A DNA stretch of 53,237 nucleotides from a virus (Duplodnaviria > Caudoviricetes): the IMG/VR virus record IMGVR_UViG_3300033153_002781, positions 1-53,237 of that record; one strand, written 5' to 3'. The notes under the pieces were generated by a model. That model had not been told where the DNA came from. It ran no database searches and was given only the letters and a program-made list of their open reading frames with translations. A program made the position numbers and the translations under genes. Below are positions 20,210 to 27,684 of this stretch, piece after piece (positions within the stretch are counted from its first letter, which is position 1; every line of letters starts with the position of its first letter).

Positions 20210-21619
20210 TCAACTGGTATATGGATTTCCATGCCTCAAAACATTGTTTGGGTCGTTATTATTCAACACAGATAATCCCTGCCTGACATTCTGAACACTT
20301 GAACCTGAGCCATAATCGACAACCTCATTTTCATCTACATAAGCCTTACAAGCTAGCAATGCCGCAATCACGATATCATCATTTGATCCTTTTGGATGAT
20401 GGTATCTTGTCTTACCGCTTTTCAGCTTTTTGGCTTCCCATTCATAGAATTGTTGTCTTAGGTCGTAATCCTTCCAGAATTCTACTTTTGGATCGAATCC
20501 AACATCTACATCACCCTCACCAAGTTTCATGAACTCATCAACAATCTCTTGTTTTTCCTCATTGCTAAGGAATACACCTTCTACTGGAACTGTCTGAGGC
20601 AACATATCAATGATGCCTTCACCGACCCCAGTCATATCTACCAGACCATTGGCGATGTTGTATTCATCGTAAAGATCGATTATTTCATCAAACACAAGCT
20701 TGTATGATTTGAATGCTGATAACCGTCTTAAATCAACCTGATAAAGCTTATTACCACTCCATCCAAGGATTACAAAGACAGTCTCATCCTGTTTACCGAT
20801 ATCACCGCCTAAGAAATAATGTTGCATGTCTGGTAATCCATCCAATTCATCAGGATCTATTTTTATTATTGCATCAAGCATCTCAGTAGCGAAAGCAACA
20901 TCAACATCAGTAAGGAATATACAATTGAATGCAGCATCGAATTTTGCTCTTGGCATTCTGGCCTTCCTACGCAAGACATATTCCTTATCTATAAATGGGC
21001 ACTCAGTCCATTTCTGGGTAATTACAGATACGCCAGTTTTGATTCTGGTGAGTTGATAGAAATGATTTCGCCTTTTGGGTGTGCCAATCTCTTGAATCTT
21101 AGCACCAGTCGCTGCTCCACTGGGTAAGATTCCCTCATAATACAGCCTATCATTAACATCCTGAGCCTCATCTATCTGGATTTTTGTAGGGCTGTATCCA
21201 TCCACATGAGCCTGTTCTGAAGCGGACAATGTATGAAGTGTATTTCCATTTTTCATAGTGATAGTTCTCTTAAGCTGGTCTTGAACATATCCTTTCAAAA
21301 TAGGAATCGTGTTAAAGAATTGGTGGACACGGCCCATTACAATTGATGTCTGTGGTAGAGATGGGGCATAAAGAATAGTGTGGTCTGGTTCACCGTTTTT
21401 ATCCTTACCAAAACACAATTCATGAGTGTCATATACGGCTAGTGACTCAGATTTTCCACTTTGCCGGGAAAATATTCCAACTGTGTGATTGTCATTTCTA
21501 AACGATTCTATAAGGGATATCTGCTTAGGTGCTAATGTCCACCTTCGCTTATACAATATGTTGTGGGCAAAGAACCCGACATCATTTTCCAGTCGATCTA
21601 TGAATTTCTGATTATCCAT
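20210..21619 (-). CDS. terL: Terminase large subunit
   Basis: Walker A SRQSGKS, Walker B IQIDEA, GTP coupling motif, nuclease GGDIG...D...DDIVIA. Start is probably ATG 21619 (track gives 21655). Confidence 0.95.
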   Translation of the reverse strand: MDNQKFIDRLENDVGFFAHNILYKRRWTLAPKQISLIESFRNDNHTVGIFSRQSGKSESLAVYDTHELCFGKDKNGEPDHTILYAPSLPQTSIVMGRVHQFFNTIPILKGYVQDQLKRTITMKNGNTLHTLSASEQAHVDGYSPTKIQIDEAQDVNDRLYYEGILPSGAATGAKIQEIGTPKRRNHFYQLTRIKTGVSVITQKWTECPFIDKEYVLRRKARMPRAKFDAAFNCIFLTDVDVAFATEMLDAIIKIDPDELDGLPDMQHYFLGGDIGKQDETVFVILGWSGNKLYQVDLRRLSAFKSYKLVFDEIIDLYDEYNIANGLVDMTGVGEGIIDMLPQTVPVEGVFLSNEEKQEIVDEFMKLGEGDVDVGFDPKVEFWKDYDLRQQFYEWEAKKLKSGKTRYHHPKGSNDDIVIAALLACKAYVDENEVVDYGSGSSVQNVRQGLSVLNNNDPNNVLRHGNPYTS

Positions 21620-22079
21620 TGTCTTCCTCTGATTTTTCCTTTGGCTTATTAGCATCCATTGATTCCATAGCCTTCAGAAGATATTCTCTGAAATCACCAA
21701 CAACATCATGCTTCATGAACTTGGTATCCTTCCTGATTGATTTGATTGTCAGATTCAATTTATCGGCTAGGTTCTTCCAGTGATTACGCTCGGACCTTAG
21801 CAAATCCATGATAATCTTAGACTCATCATCATTGGCTATCTTCTTCTCATAGTGCCTCATATTGATTTCACAACGGACTAATTGCCGAACCATGTCATCA
21901 TGAAGGACATCATCGTAATCATCACCAAAGACCTCTTTGAGCTTGTCTATCATGACCTTTGTTTTATCACGATACTCAATCTCCTTATCATCATTATCAT
22001 AGAATCTATTTGAATTGCAATTCGGGCAAAGAACTGATTCGCCTTCAAACTCTACATCACATATGGGACATTCTTCCAT
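21612..22079 (-). CDS. Putative terminase small subunit with N-terminal Zn ribbon
   Basis: Directly upstream of terL; helical LADKLNLT..S motif; CPIC...CPNC. Confidence 0.65.
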   Translation of the reverse strand: MEECPICDVEFEGESVLCPNCNSNRFYDNDDKEIEYRDKTKVMIDKLKEVFGDDYDDVLHDDMVRQLVRCEINMRHYEKKIANDDESKIIMDLLRSERNHWKNLADKLNLTIKSIRKDTKFMKHDVVGDFREYLLKAMESMDANKPKEKSEEDNG

Positions 22080-22128
22080 TTGGCGCACCGTGATATTAAT
22101 AGATTACATGATATATTAATCTTTGTTA

Positions 22129-22138
22129 AGAAAAAAAG
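22129..22138 (-). terminator. Oligo-U terminator after the tRNA cluster
   Basis: T7 run immediately 3' of tRNA-Gln on the minus strand. Confidence 0.6.
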
Positions 22139-22269
22139 TTACCCTGCTCGTATTTGAAACGAGGTCGCCGGATTTCTTTAGATTCCAGATCCAAGGGTCG
22201 GAAAAGGATTTGAAGTCCTTCTAGAATCTATCAAAGTCCGAAGTTATGGCCAGACTAAACCACAGGGTA
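22139..22269 (-). tRNA. tRNA-Gln(UUG) with 57-nt intron (22174-22230) at position 37/38
   Basis: Acceptor TACCCTG/CAGGGTA; anticodon stem TCGGA/TCCGG with loop CT-TTG-A^A; T arm CTCGT-TTCAAAT-ACGAG. Full BHB: CTTT/AAAG central helix, two 3-nt bulges, AGATTCTAGA/TCTGGAATCT outer helix. Confidence 0.9.
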
Positions 22270-22274
22270 AATGT

Positions 22275-22346
22275 GTGCAGAGGGTGGGATGTGAACCCAC
22301 CACTCCAGGGGGCGACCCCGTTCCCAGCTCACTAGGCTGCTCTACA
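22275..22346 (-). ncRNA. Non-canonical tRNA-like RNA or tRNA pseudogene
   Basis: TGTAGAG/CTCTGCA acceptor-like stem and GTGGG-TTCACAT-CCCAC T arm; internal hairpins lack a normal D loop and anticodon loop. Confidence 0.6.
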
Positions 22347-22352
22347 TTATGA

Positions 22353-22423
22353 TTGCGACCCTTGGATTTGAACCAAGCTTGTCAGGTCATGAGCCTGAAA
22401 TGTTACCGCTACACTAGGTCGCA
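22353..22423 (-). tRNA. tRNA with CAU anticodon (Met, or Ile2)
   Basis: TGCGACC/GGTCGCA; D arm GTGT-AGCGGTA-ACAT; TCAGG-CTCATGA-CCTGA; CTTGG-TTCAAAT-CCAAG; CCA not encoded. Confidence 0.9.
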
Positions 22424-22543
22424 TTATATCTTATCCATTAACTCATTAAGTTTCTTCTGGACAAAGCCTGAAAGACTTATCTCGGGGTGGTCATTAAGCC
22501 ACTCGTCTTGTTTATCGGTGATAGATACTCCGCGCCTTGGCAT
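22424..22543 (-). CDS. Ribbon-helix-helix-like microprotein (39 aa)
   Basis: Hand-translated MPRRGVSITDKQDEWLNDHPEISLSGFVQKKLNELMDKI; GGTGA RBS; stop abuts the tRNA. Confidence 0.75.
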   Translation of the reverse strand: MPRRGVSITDKQDEWLNDHPEISLSGFVQKKLNELMDKI

Positions 22544-22547
22544 GTTA

Positions 22548-22886
22548 TCACCTGTTGTTTACATTGGATTCTTCAAGATGGAATTTAAGTGGAGCATCAG
22601 GATGGCATGTTTTACACCATGGGCCGTCTGGACTGTTCTGCAGTTCTGTTCCACATTCGGGACAATTAGATTGACCTTGAACATTATCTTTATCCATCAT
22701 AGCCATATGCAAGTCATGGTTGACCTCACTAGCGTTTGCTAGGATTATCTCTCCATCTGAGTGTATAAGAACTACCTTTGGATTTATAGAATGGTGAATT
22801 TCATATATGTGAATATCATCCTTATTTGCCTTCTCCATGACCTTCAAAGCCTGTTCTCGTGTTATATGTGTTAAGCACCAAGTCAT
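22548..22886 (-). CDS. Hypothetical protein with CPECG...WCKTC Zn finger
   Basis: GGTGA RBS; Cys motifs. Confidence 0.7.
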   Translation of the reverse strand: MTWCLTHITREQALKVMEKANKDDIHIYEIHHSINPKVVLIHSDGEIILANASEVNHDLHMAMMDKDNVQGQSNCPECGTELQNSPDGPWCKTCHPDAPLKFHLEESNVNNR

Positions 22887-22890
22887 ATAA

Positions 22891-23100
22891 TCACCCGAAC
22901 AGGTTACTCATGCCAGCACAAGCGACATCCTCAGCTGTCTCTTCCATCTTTGGGAACAACTCAAAGAACATCCTCTTCAGAGGCTTGTGTTTGTTCAGAT
23001 TGTCGGCTAGTTCCTTTGCTGCTGTCTTCTTTGTCAAACTCTTTCCAGTGACCTGTTTGTAGGTCTCTATAAATCCTTCTTTCGTTGGCATCTTATTCAT
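22891..23100 (-). CDS. Hypothetical protein
   Basis: ATGA-coupled operon member. Confidence 0.7.
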   Translation of the reverse strand: MNKMPTKEGFIETYKQVTGKSLTKKTAAKELADNLNKHKPLKRMFFELFPKMEETAEDVACAGMSNLFG

Positions 23101-23285
23101 CTCCTATCAAGTATTTCTTTGAATTGTCCATATGTTTTAACAGATCGAACTTCCCCCTTGTCAACTCTATCACAGAAAGTCTGCATAGCATCAAGGCATT
23201 CGTTCAATAATGATTCTTTCTTTACCAATTCATGAATTCTATTGATTAGCATATCTCCAGCTTCATCCATATCCATTTCATTCAA
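23097..23285 (-). CDS. Hypothetical protein
   Basis: Coupled operon member. Confidence 0.7.
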   Translation of the reverse strand: MNEMDMDEAGDMLINRIHELVKKESLLNECLDAMQTFCDRVDKGEVRSVKTYGQFKEILDRR

Positions 23286-23535
23286 CTCCCATGTTTTCCC
23301 TGTAAATTCTTAATTTGTCAAGATCGACATCATATTTCTTAGCCCTGCGATACACGATAGCACCTGATAACTCACCTATCTTTTGTAAGATAAGGGATGC
23401 CCGCATTGTTGATACACCAATAATACGACCAATGGACTTACTATTGGTGACCTCTGACTTCTTTTCCAAGATGAGGTCGATGACATTGTTTTGTTGATTC
23501 ATTATATAATCTGTATTAGTCATGAAATCACTCAT
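23278..23535 (-). CDS. Putative winged-helix DNA-binding protein
   Basis: NSKSIGRIIGVSTMRASLILQKI helix-turn-helix-like segment followed by a beta wing. Confidence 0.55.
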   Translation of the reverse strand: MSDFMTNTDYIMNQQNNVIDLILEKKSEVTNSKSIGRIIGVSTMRASLILQKIGELSGAIVYRRAKKYDVDLDKLRIYRENMGVE

Positions 23536-23752
23536 TCACTACTACCATCACCTTTGGAGAGCATTCCTTACACAGAACGGTGACCTCTTGATCTCCACCG
23601 AATTGCACATGTGTAGAGTCATCACCATCAGCCTCAATTAACATTCCCGTCTGGAGAGTGCAAACGGATTCCCCATCATCTAGCTCTCTCTCACACAGGT
23701 CACACCGTATGTTGCCCTCATAGTGTTTTTGCAGTCTCTTATCAATTTCCAT
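23528..23752 (-). CDS. Zn-finger protein (CDLC...LCKEC)
   Basis: Cys motifs; GGAG RBS. Confidence 0.7.
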   Translation of the reverse strand: MEIDKRLQKHYEGNIRCDLCERELDDGESVCTLQTGMLIEADGDDSTHVQFGGDQEVTVLCKECSPKVMVVVNE

Positions 23753-23759
23753 GATTCAT

Positions 23760-24030
23760 CTCCATTAGATTGAGGTGGGAGCAGTTTCGGTTCCACCCCT
23801 TCAGCCCTTGAGGTTGCTCCCGTGAACGTCTTGCTTGACTTCTTACGAGTATCCCGCCCCTTTCAGTCTGTTGGGGTATTTGTTGGGGACATCTTTATGG
23901 ACCTCTGCTCGACAGTGAGGTGGTCAGTTAGTCAGGCATGACCAGGCGCATGTATCCTAGGGCTAGCCTTGTCAAAAGGGATGGTAGTCGCAATTTAACA
24001 ACAAAGCCCGTATGGATCGTGATATAAGCA
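23760..24030 (-). ncRNA. Candidate structured non-coding RNA or long 5' leader
   Basis: ~270 nt without a credible ORF, GC-richer than other intergenic DNA, several nested helices, TTATAT near 24022-24027. Confidence 0.5.
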
Positions 24031-24032
24031 GA

Positions 24033-25208
24033 TTAATCCGCTTCTGGTTGCTCTTCTTTGATCTCATTGACAGGTTCAATGTAGGATATCTTGACGGTCA
24101 AGTTATCAGAATATCTTCCAATCTGGAACTTACCAAGGCTCTCCTTCAAGCCCTTTGAATGCATCAATCTATCGATGTCATCATCAGTGAGCATGATCGA
24201 AATGTCTCTCTCCCGAATCATTACTTCACCAGCATTCTTCATCATTACAGTCCCTGTCTTGGTGTCGAAACCAACGAATTCATCATCAGTCTTCTTGGCT
24301 AGTTCTCTAGCTTCTTTGTGATCTATTTCCATTTTATTTCCTCCTATTGCCCAATCAAACCCTACGATTGGCTCTCCTAACATTGATATCGAATATGATG
24401 ATTTGAAGTAATCCAAAGCCCATTTACCATATTTATCCAAATCAGATTGTTCAATATCTGCCATGCACTTTTCGATATCCTCATATGAGAACATTCTAGC
24501 AACATCATCCATCTGTTTGGACCAAGTTTGGAATTTATTTGCGTATAGTCCACCATCCTTGATATCTATCTTGAATTTTTCAAGTGCTTCCTTTGAAATG
24601 TGGAAATCCCCGTAATATTCCATATCAAAGATTGTGCCTTTTACAACCCCTCCCCTTGGTGCTGGCTCGATGACTTGCAGATGTCTCTTGCTAACATTTA
24701 CCTTATACGTTCTATTATCAAAGAGAACATCAACCATACAACCAGGAGAGTATTTCTTGACGATGCCTTCATTAAGATGTAGGTATCCATTATTTATTAC
24801 CCTCACCCTACATCCGACTTCAAGTTTCATCTCTTTCTTTGGCGCAGGATCCAGAACTATTAATTCTGATTTGTTGAATTGGTATCTTGAACCAGTATGT
24901 GATATGATGATACAATAACCTGAGGCTGATATGTCAGTTACGATACCCTCAGTGCCATTATATTCTTTATATCTACTATCAACAACACGAACCTTACACC
25001 CTATCTCAAGAGAATACGCTAGCTCTAATGAACTTAAATCAAATGACCATGATCCATAACCACACAATAGAACATGATTATTTAGACTATAAATGCCACA
25101 AACAACACCCACATTACCATATTTTAGACCGTGATAATCGTTACCATTATTATCCTTCTCATTAATCATGCGAACAGTCATCCCGACCTTGACATCTTTG
25201 ATATCCAT
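24033..25208 (-). CDS. Protein with three tandem KOW/SH3-like repeats
   Basis: VKVGMTVRMI, LEIGCKVRVV and LEVGCRVRVI repeats; the ATG at 25208 follows AAGGAG. Confidence 0.75.
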   Translation of the reverse strand: MDIKDVKVGMTVRMINEKDNNGNDYHGLKYGNVGVVCGIYSLNNHVLLCGYGSWSFDLSSLELAYSLEIGCKVRVVDSRYKEYNGTEGIVTDISASGYCIIISHTGSRYQFNKSELIVLDPAPKKEMKLEVGCRVRVINNGYLHLNEGIVKKYSPGCMVDVLFDNRTYKVNVSKRHLQVIEPAPRGGVVKGTIFDMEYYGDFHISKEALEKFKIDIKDGGLYANKFQTWSKQMDDVARMFSYEDIEKCMADIEQSDLDKYGKWALDYFKSSYSISMLGEPIVGFDWAIGGNKMEIDHKEARELAKKTDDEFVGFDTKTGTVMMKNAGEVMIRERDISIMLTDDDIDRLMHSKGLKESLGKFQIGRYSDNLTVKISYIEPVNEIKEEQPEAD

Positions 25209-25299
25209 ATCATATCTCCTTTCATTGTGAGTGTAGGCAGGGTGCTCGTAAAGGGATTTTTCACTGTGCCCGAACCTACCTACGATGGTCACAGGTGAG

Positions 25300-25600
25300 C
25301 AGATGTATGATGTTATACTATTTATATCATCTGTACCATTTTATGTAAACTACGCAATCAACTATCATAAATATACTACCAGTGATTCAATGCACCTCAC
25401 CATATTCCCTTTCCTTGCTCCGAACCGCCCAAGACCCAGTGGTGTGGCTGGGCTGTGGTGCTGGTCACTGGATGATGTGTTGATTGTTGTGATGTTGTTG
25501 TGGATGACACTTGTCCGACACCTCAGATAATTGATCGATAATAACTCTTATATAGTTCGTATTACATCACTGGCGTAACACATTAAGATATGATATAACA
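25300..25600. promoter_or_regulatory. Divergent promoter region between the two genome arms
   Basis: Coding strand switches here; TATA-like TATAAATA (minus, 25319-25326) and TTATATAG (25548-25555). Confidence 0.6.
25397..25510 (-). CDS. Putative 37-aa Ser/Thr/His-rich peptide
   Basis: GAGGTG RBS, GTG start, MSSTTTSQQSTHHPVTSTTAQPHHWVLGGSEQGKGIW. Confidence 0.35.
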   Translation of the reverse strand: MSSTTTSQQSTHHPVTSTTAQPHHWVLGGSEQGKGIW

Positions 25601-26176
25601 ATGGTGATAGTTATGGTGCAAAAACTACCGATGACATCAGAGGATCTGGATAGATTAGAGGTGATAGCAATGACTTATCCAAAGGATAGTGATCATTATA
25701 GAGTATTCATGATACTAAGATATACTGGAATGCATGTATGTTGTCTATATAGAAAGGAATCCCGAATTAAAGAGATACAAAGAAACGGACACACTCACAT
25801 CAAATGGTTTCGACCAATGAAGGGAAAGATCAAAGGTGTTAAGAATCTATGGGAGATATTGCCTGGAATTATCAAGCACAATAAGATAGATTTCAATGTG
25901 GAAGAATATTATAACCAGATGGCCAATAGAAGACGCAAAACTGGAAACATGTATTTCTACAGAATCATAAAGGAAATAGGTGATAGGGGGGGATTATCTG
26001 ATATTAGCCCTAACACACTAAGACACTCATTGGCTGTCTATCTCATAGAGGATGTGAGACTATCATATCAGGATGTCGCGGATCTATTAGGCTGTTCAAT
26101 ACAGACATTACATAAGCACTATGCTAAAGTTGGTAAGAAGGCAGTTGATGATAGATTAGTAAAGGCTGGATGGTGA
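25601..26176 (+). CDS. Tyrosine recombinase-fold protein, catalytic domain only, degenerate active site
   Basis: ILRYTGMHV (box I), SPNTLRHSLA and VADLLGCS...HYA (box II). Confidence 0.85.
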   Translation: MVIVMVQKLPMTSEDLDRLEVIAMTYPKDSDHYRVFMILRYTGMHVCCLYRKESRIKEIQRNGHTHIKWFRPMKGKIKGVKNLWEILPGIIKHNKIDFNVEEYYNQMANRRRKTGNMYFYRIIKEIGDRGGLSDISPNTLRHSLAVYLIEDVRLSYQDVADLLGCSIQTLHKHYAKVGKKAVDDRLVKAGW

Positions 26177-26180
26177 TTGA

Positions 26181-26594
26181 ATGAGATTAAACATAGATCG
26201 ATATAAAGGCTATAGAAGATATAAGTCGGCTGATGTAATCAAAGCATTGGAAGAGATTGGGAGAAGGCTAGAATGTGAATGGTGCGAAAGGAAACGATAT
26301 ATCATCCACCATAAAGATTGTAATCATAACAATAACGATCCGGATAACATCATGCTAATGTGTAAGAGCTGTCATAGCAAATGCCATCTACTATATCCTA
26401 ATTTCAGATACCTCCAAAGAGATGAATTATTGGATATCATTAGAATAGCTAAACACGTTCTTAATGAAAGGATAATCATTGACAGGATTGAGATAACACA
26501 ACCAGATAATTATGATAAGATCGAGGAGGAAGATAATTATACTTATGAGATGGTGAAAGTTGATTATAACAAACACCCATTACCAGAGATATAG
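26181..26594 (+). CDS. HNH endonuclease
   Basis: CEWC...HHKDCNHNNNDPDN...CKSCH. Confidence 0.88.
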   Translation: MRLNIDRYKGYRRYKSADVIKALEEIGRRLECEWCERKRYIIHHKDCNHNNNDPDNIMLMCKSCHSKCHLLYPNFRYLQRDELLDIIRIAKHVLNERIIIDRIEITQPDNYDKIEEEDNYTYEMVKVDYNKHPLPEI

Positions 26595-26599
26595 TACCT

Positions 26600-27260
26600 A
26601 CCAATAAGTTTGTATACAACCAATGGTTATCTAGTGTTTAACACACAGCCAGTATCTTTCATCTACCAATATATTTGTAGATACTAATATACTTGTATAT
26701 TGCCTACACATCACATACATTTTGACTACATTACACATACATTACAGGATCCAGAATTACAGAACCATAAGACATTTTTCCAGCCAGAGTGCGTTTTGCG
26801 TGGTTAAACGAATGATATGTATCACTATGTTTTGGTTCACTACTGATTTAGATATTTGTATGGGTGTTTGTTATTGCCATACTTGGCATACTTTTTTTTA
26901 TATTATCGCATTCTGAGTGTATGTATATAAGATAAGGTAATAGAGGTATATGTATTAATTATAAAGTCGTGTGTTACATGATAATAATAGCGAAAAAGTG
27001 TACCAACTGTGTCAATAAAATTACTGGCTTGTTGATATTTGGTTAATATAAGCCTGTCAAAAGTCTGACAAAAGTATGGTAAATCCTCAAAAGTATGGCA
27101 GATGTTATTCATAAAGTATGGTAATAAGTGTGGCAAATTTGGTAAAATCATGTGAAAGTATGTCAACGCTCTTTCATGATAATGATTAAATAGTTCATTG
27201 ATATTACGGTATGATTACATTAAGGCATTGTTGGGATGCACTCTAACAACTACCTGAGAT
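26600..27260. other. Putative replication origin (AT-rich, iteron-like repeats)
   Basis: Longest non-coding stretch; repeated AAAGTATGGYA-like units in both orientations; lies upstream of the helicase genes. Confidence 0.55.
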
Positions 27261-27303
27261 CCTTTTTTATATTGGATCGAGCACAGAACCGCGAGGCTAT
27301 TAG

Positions 27304-27684
27304 ATGAGTAATGATGAGCAAAGAGAATTGAAATTCAGGGCTAAGTTAATTGAACGTCATCAGGGTATTACAACAGATGGTTGGTATTATTTTGATATGG
27401 ATGATTTGTTTCATGATTGGGAATTGAAACACCTTATAGATAAAGAATGGCTTAGATTAGATACGCTATGTCAATGGACTGGTGAGATGGATACCAACGA
27501 GGTTGACATCTATGAGAAGGACATCTGGTCTGATGGTCGTACCAATCACAGGTTTGTTATCAAAGATTTAGAACAGTTCTATTGGGCTAAGTTTGATGAC
27601 CAGATGCACCTTAACTTTGAATCAGGCTATGTGATAGGCAATACCATTGATAATCCAGAGCTTCTTGGTGATATTAATGGATAG
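27304..27684 (+). CDS. YopX-family protein
   Basis: RELKFRA...QWTG..D.N..DIYE.DI...VIGN..DNPELL. Confidence 0.9.
   Translation: MSNDEQRELKFRAKLIERHQGITTDGWYYFDMDDLFHDWELKHLIDKEWLRLDTLCQWTGEMDTNEVDIYEKDIWSDGRTNHRFVIKDLEQFYWAKFDDQMHLNFESGYVIGNTIDNPELLGDING

Noticed and set aside
22139-22423. tRNA sequences as an attP integration site
   Set aside because: They are far from the recombinase-like gene, whose active site is degenerate; no host sequence is available to test.
23777-23821. Canonical hammerhead ribozyme, glycine riboswitch or SRP RNA
   Set aside because: It lacks A9 and NUH, the glycine aptamer CUCUCAGG, and SRP helix 8; kept only as an unknown structured RNA.
26722-27166. Track ORFs 26722..26916 and 26903..27166
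   Set aside because: They overlap the repeat-rich putative origin, have atypical composition and lack an RBS.
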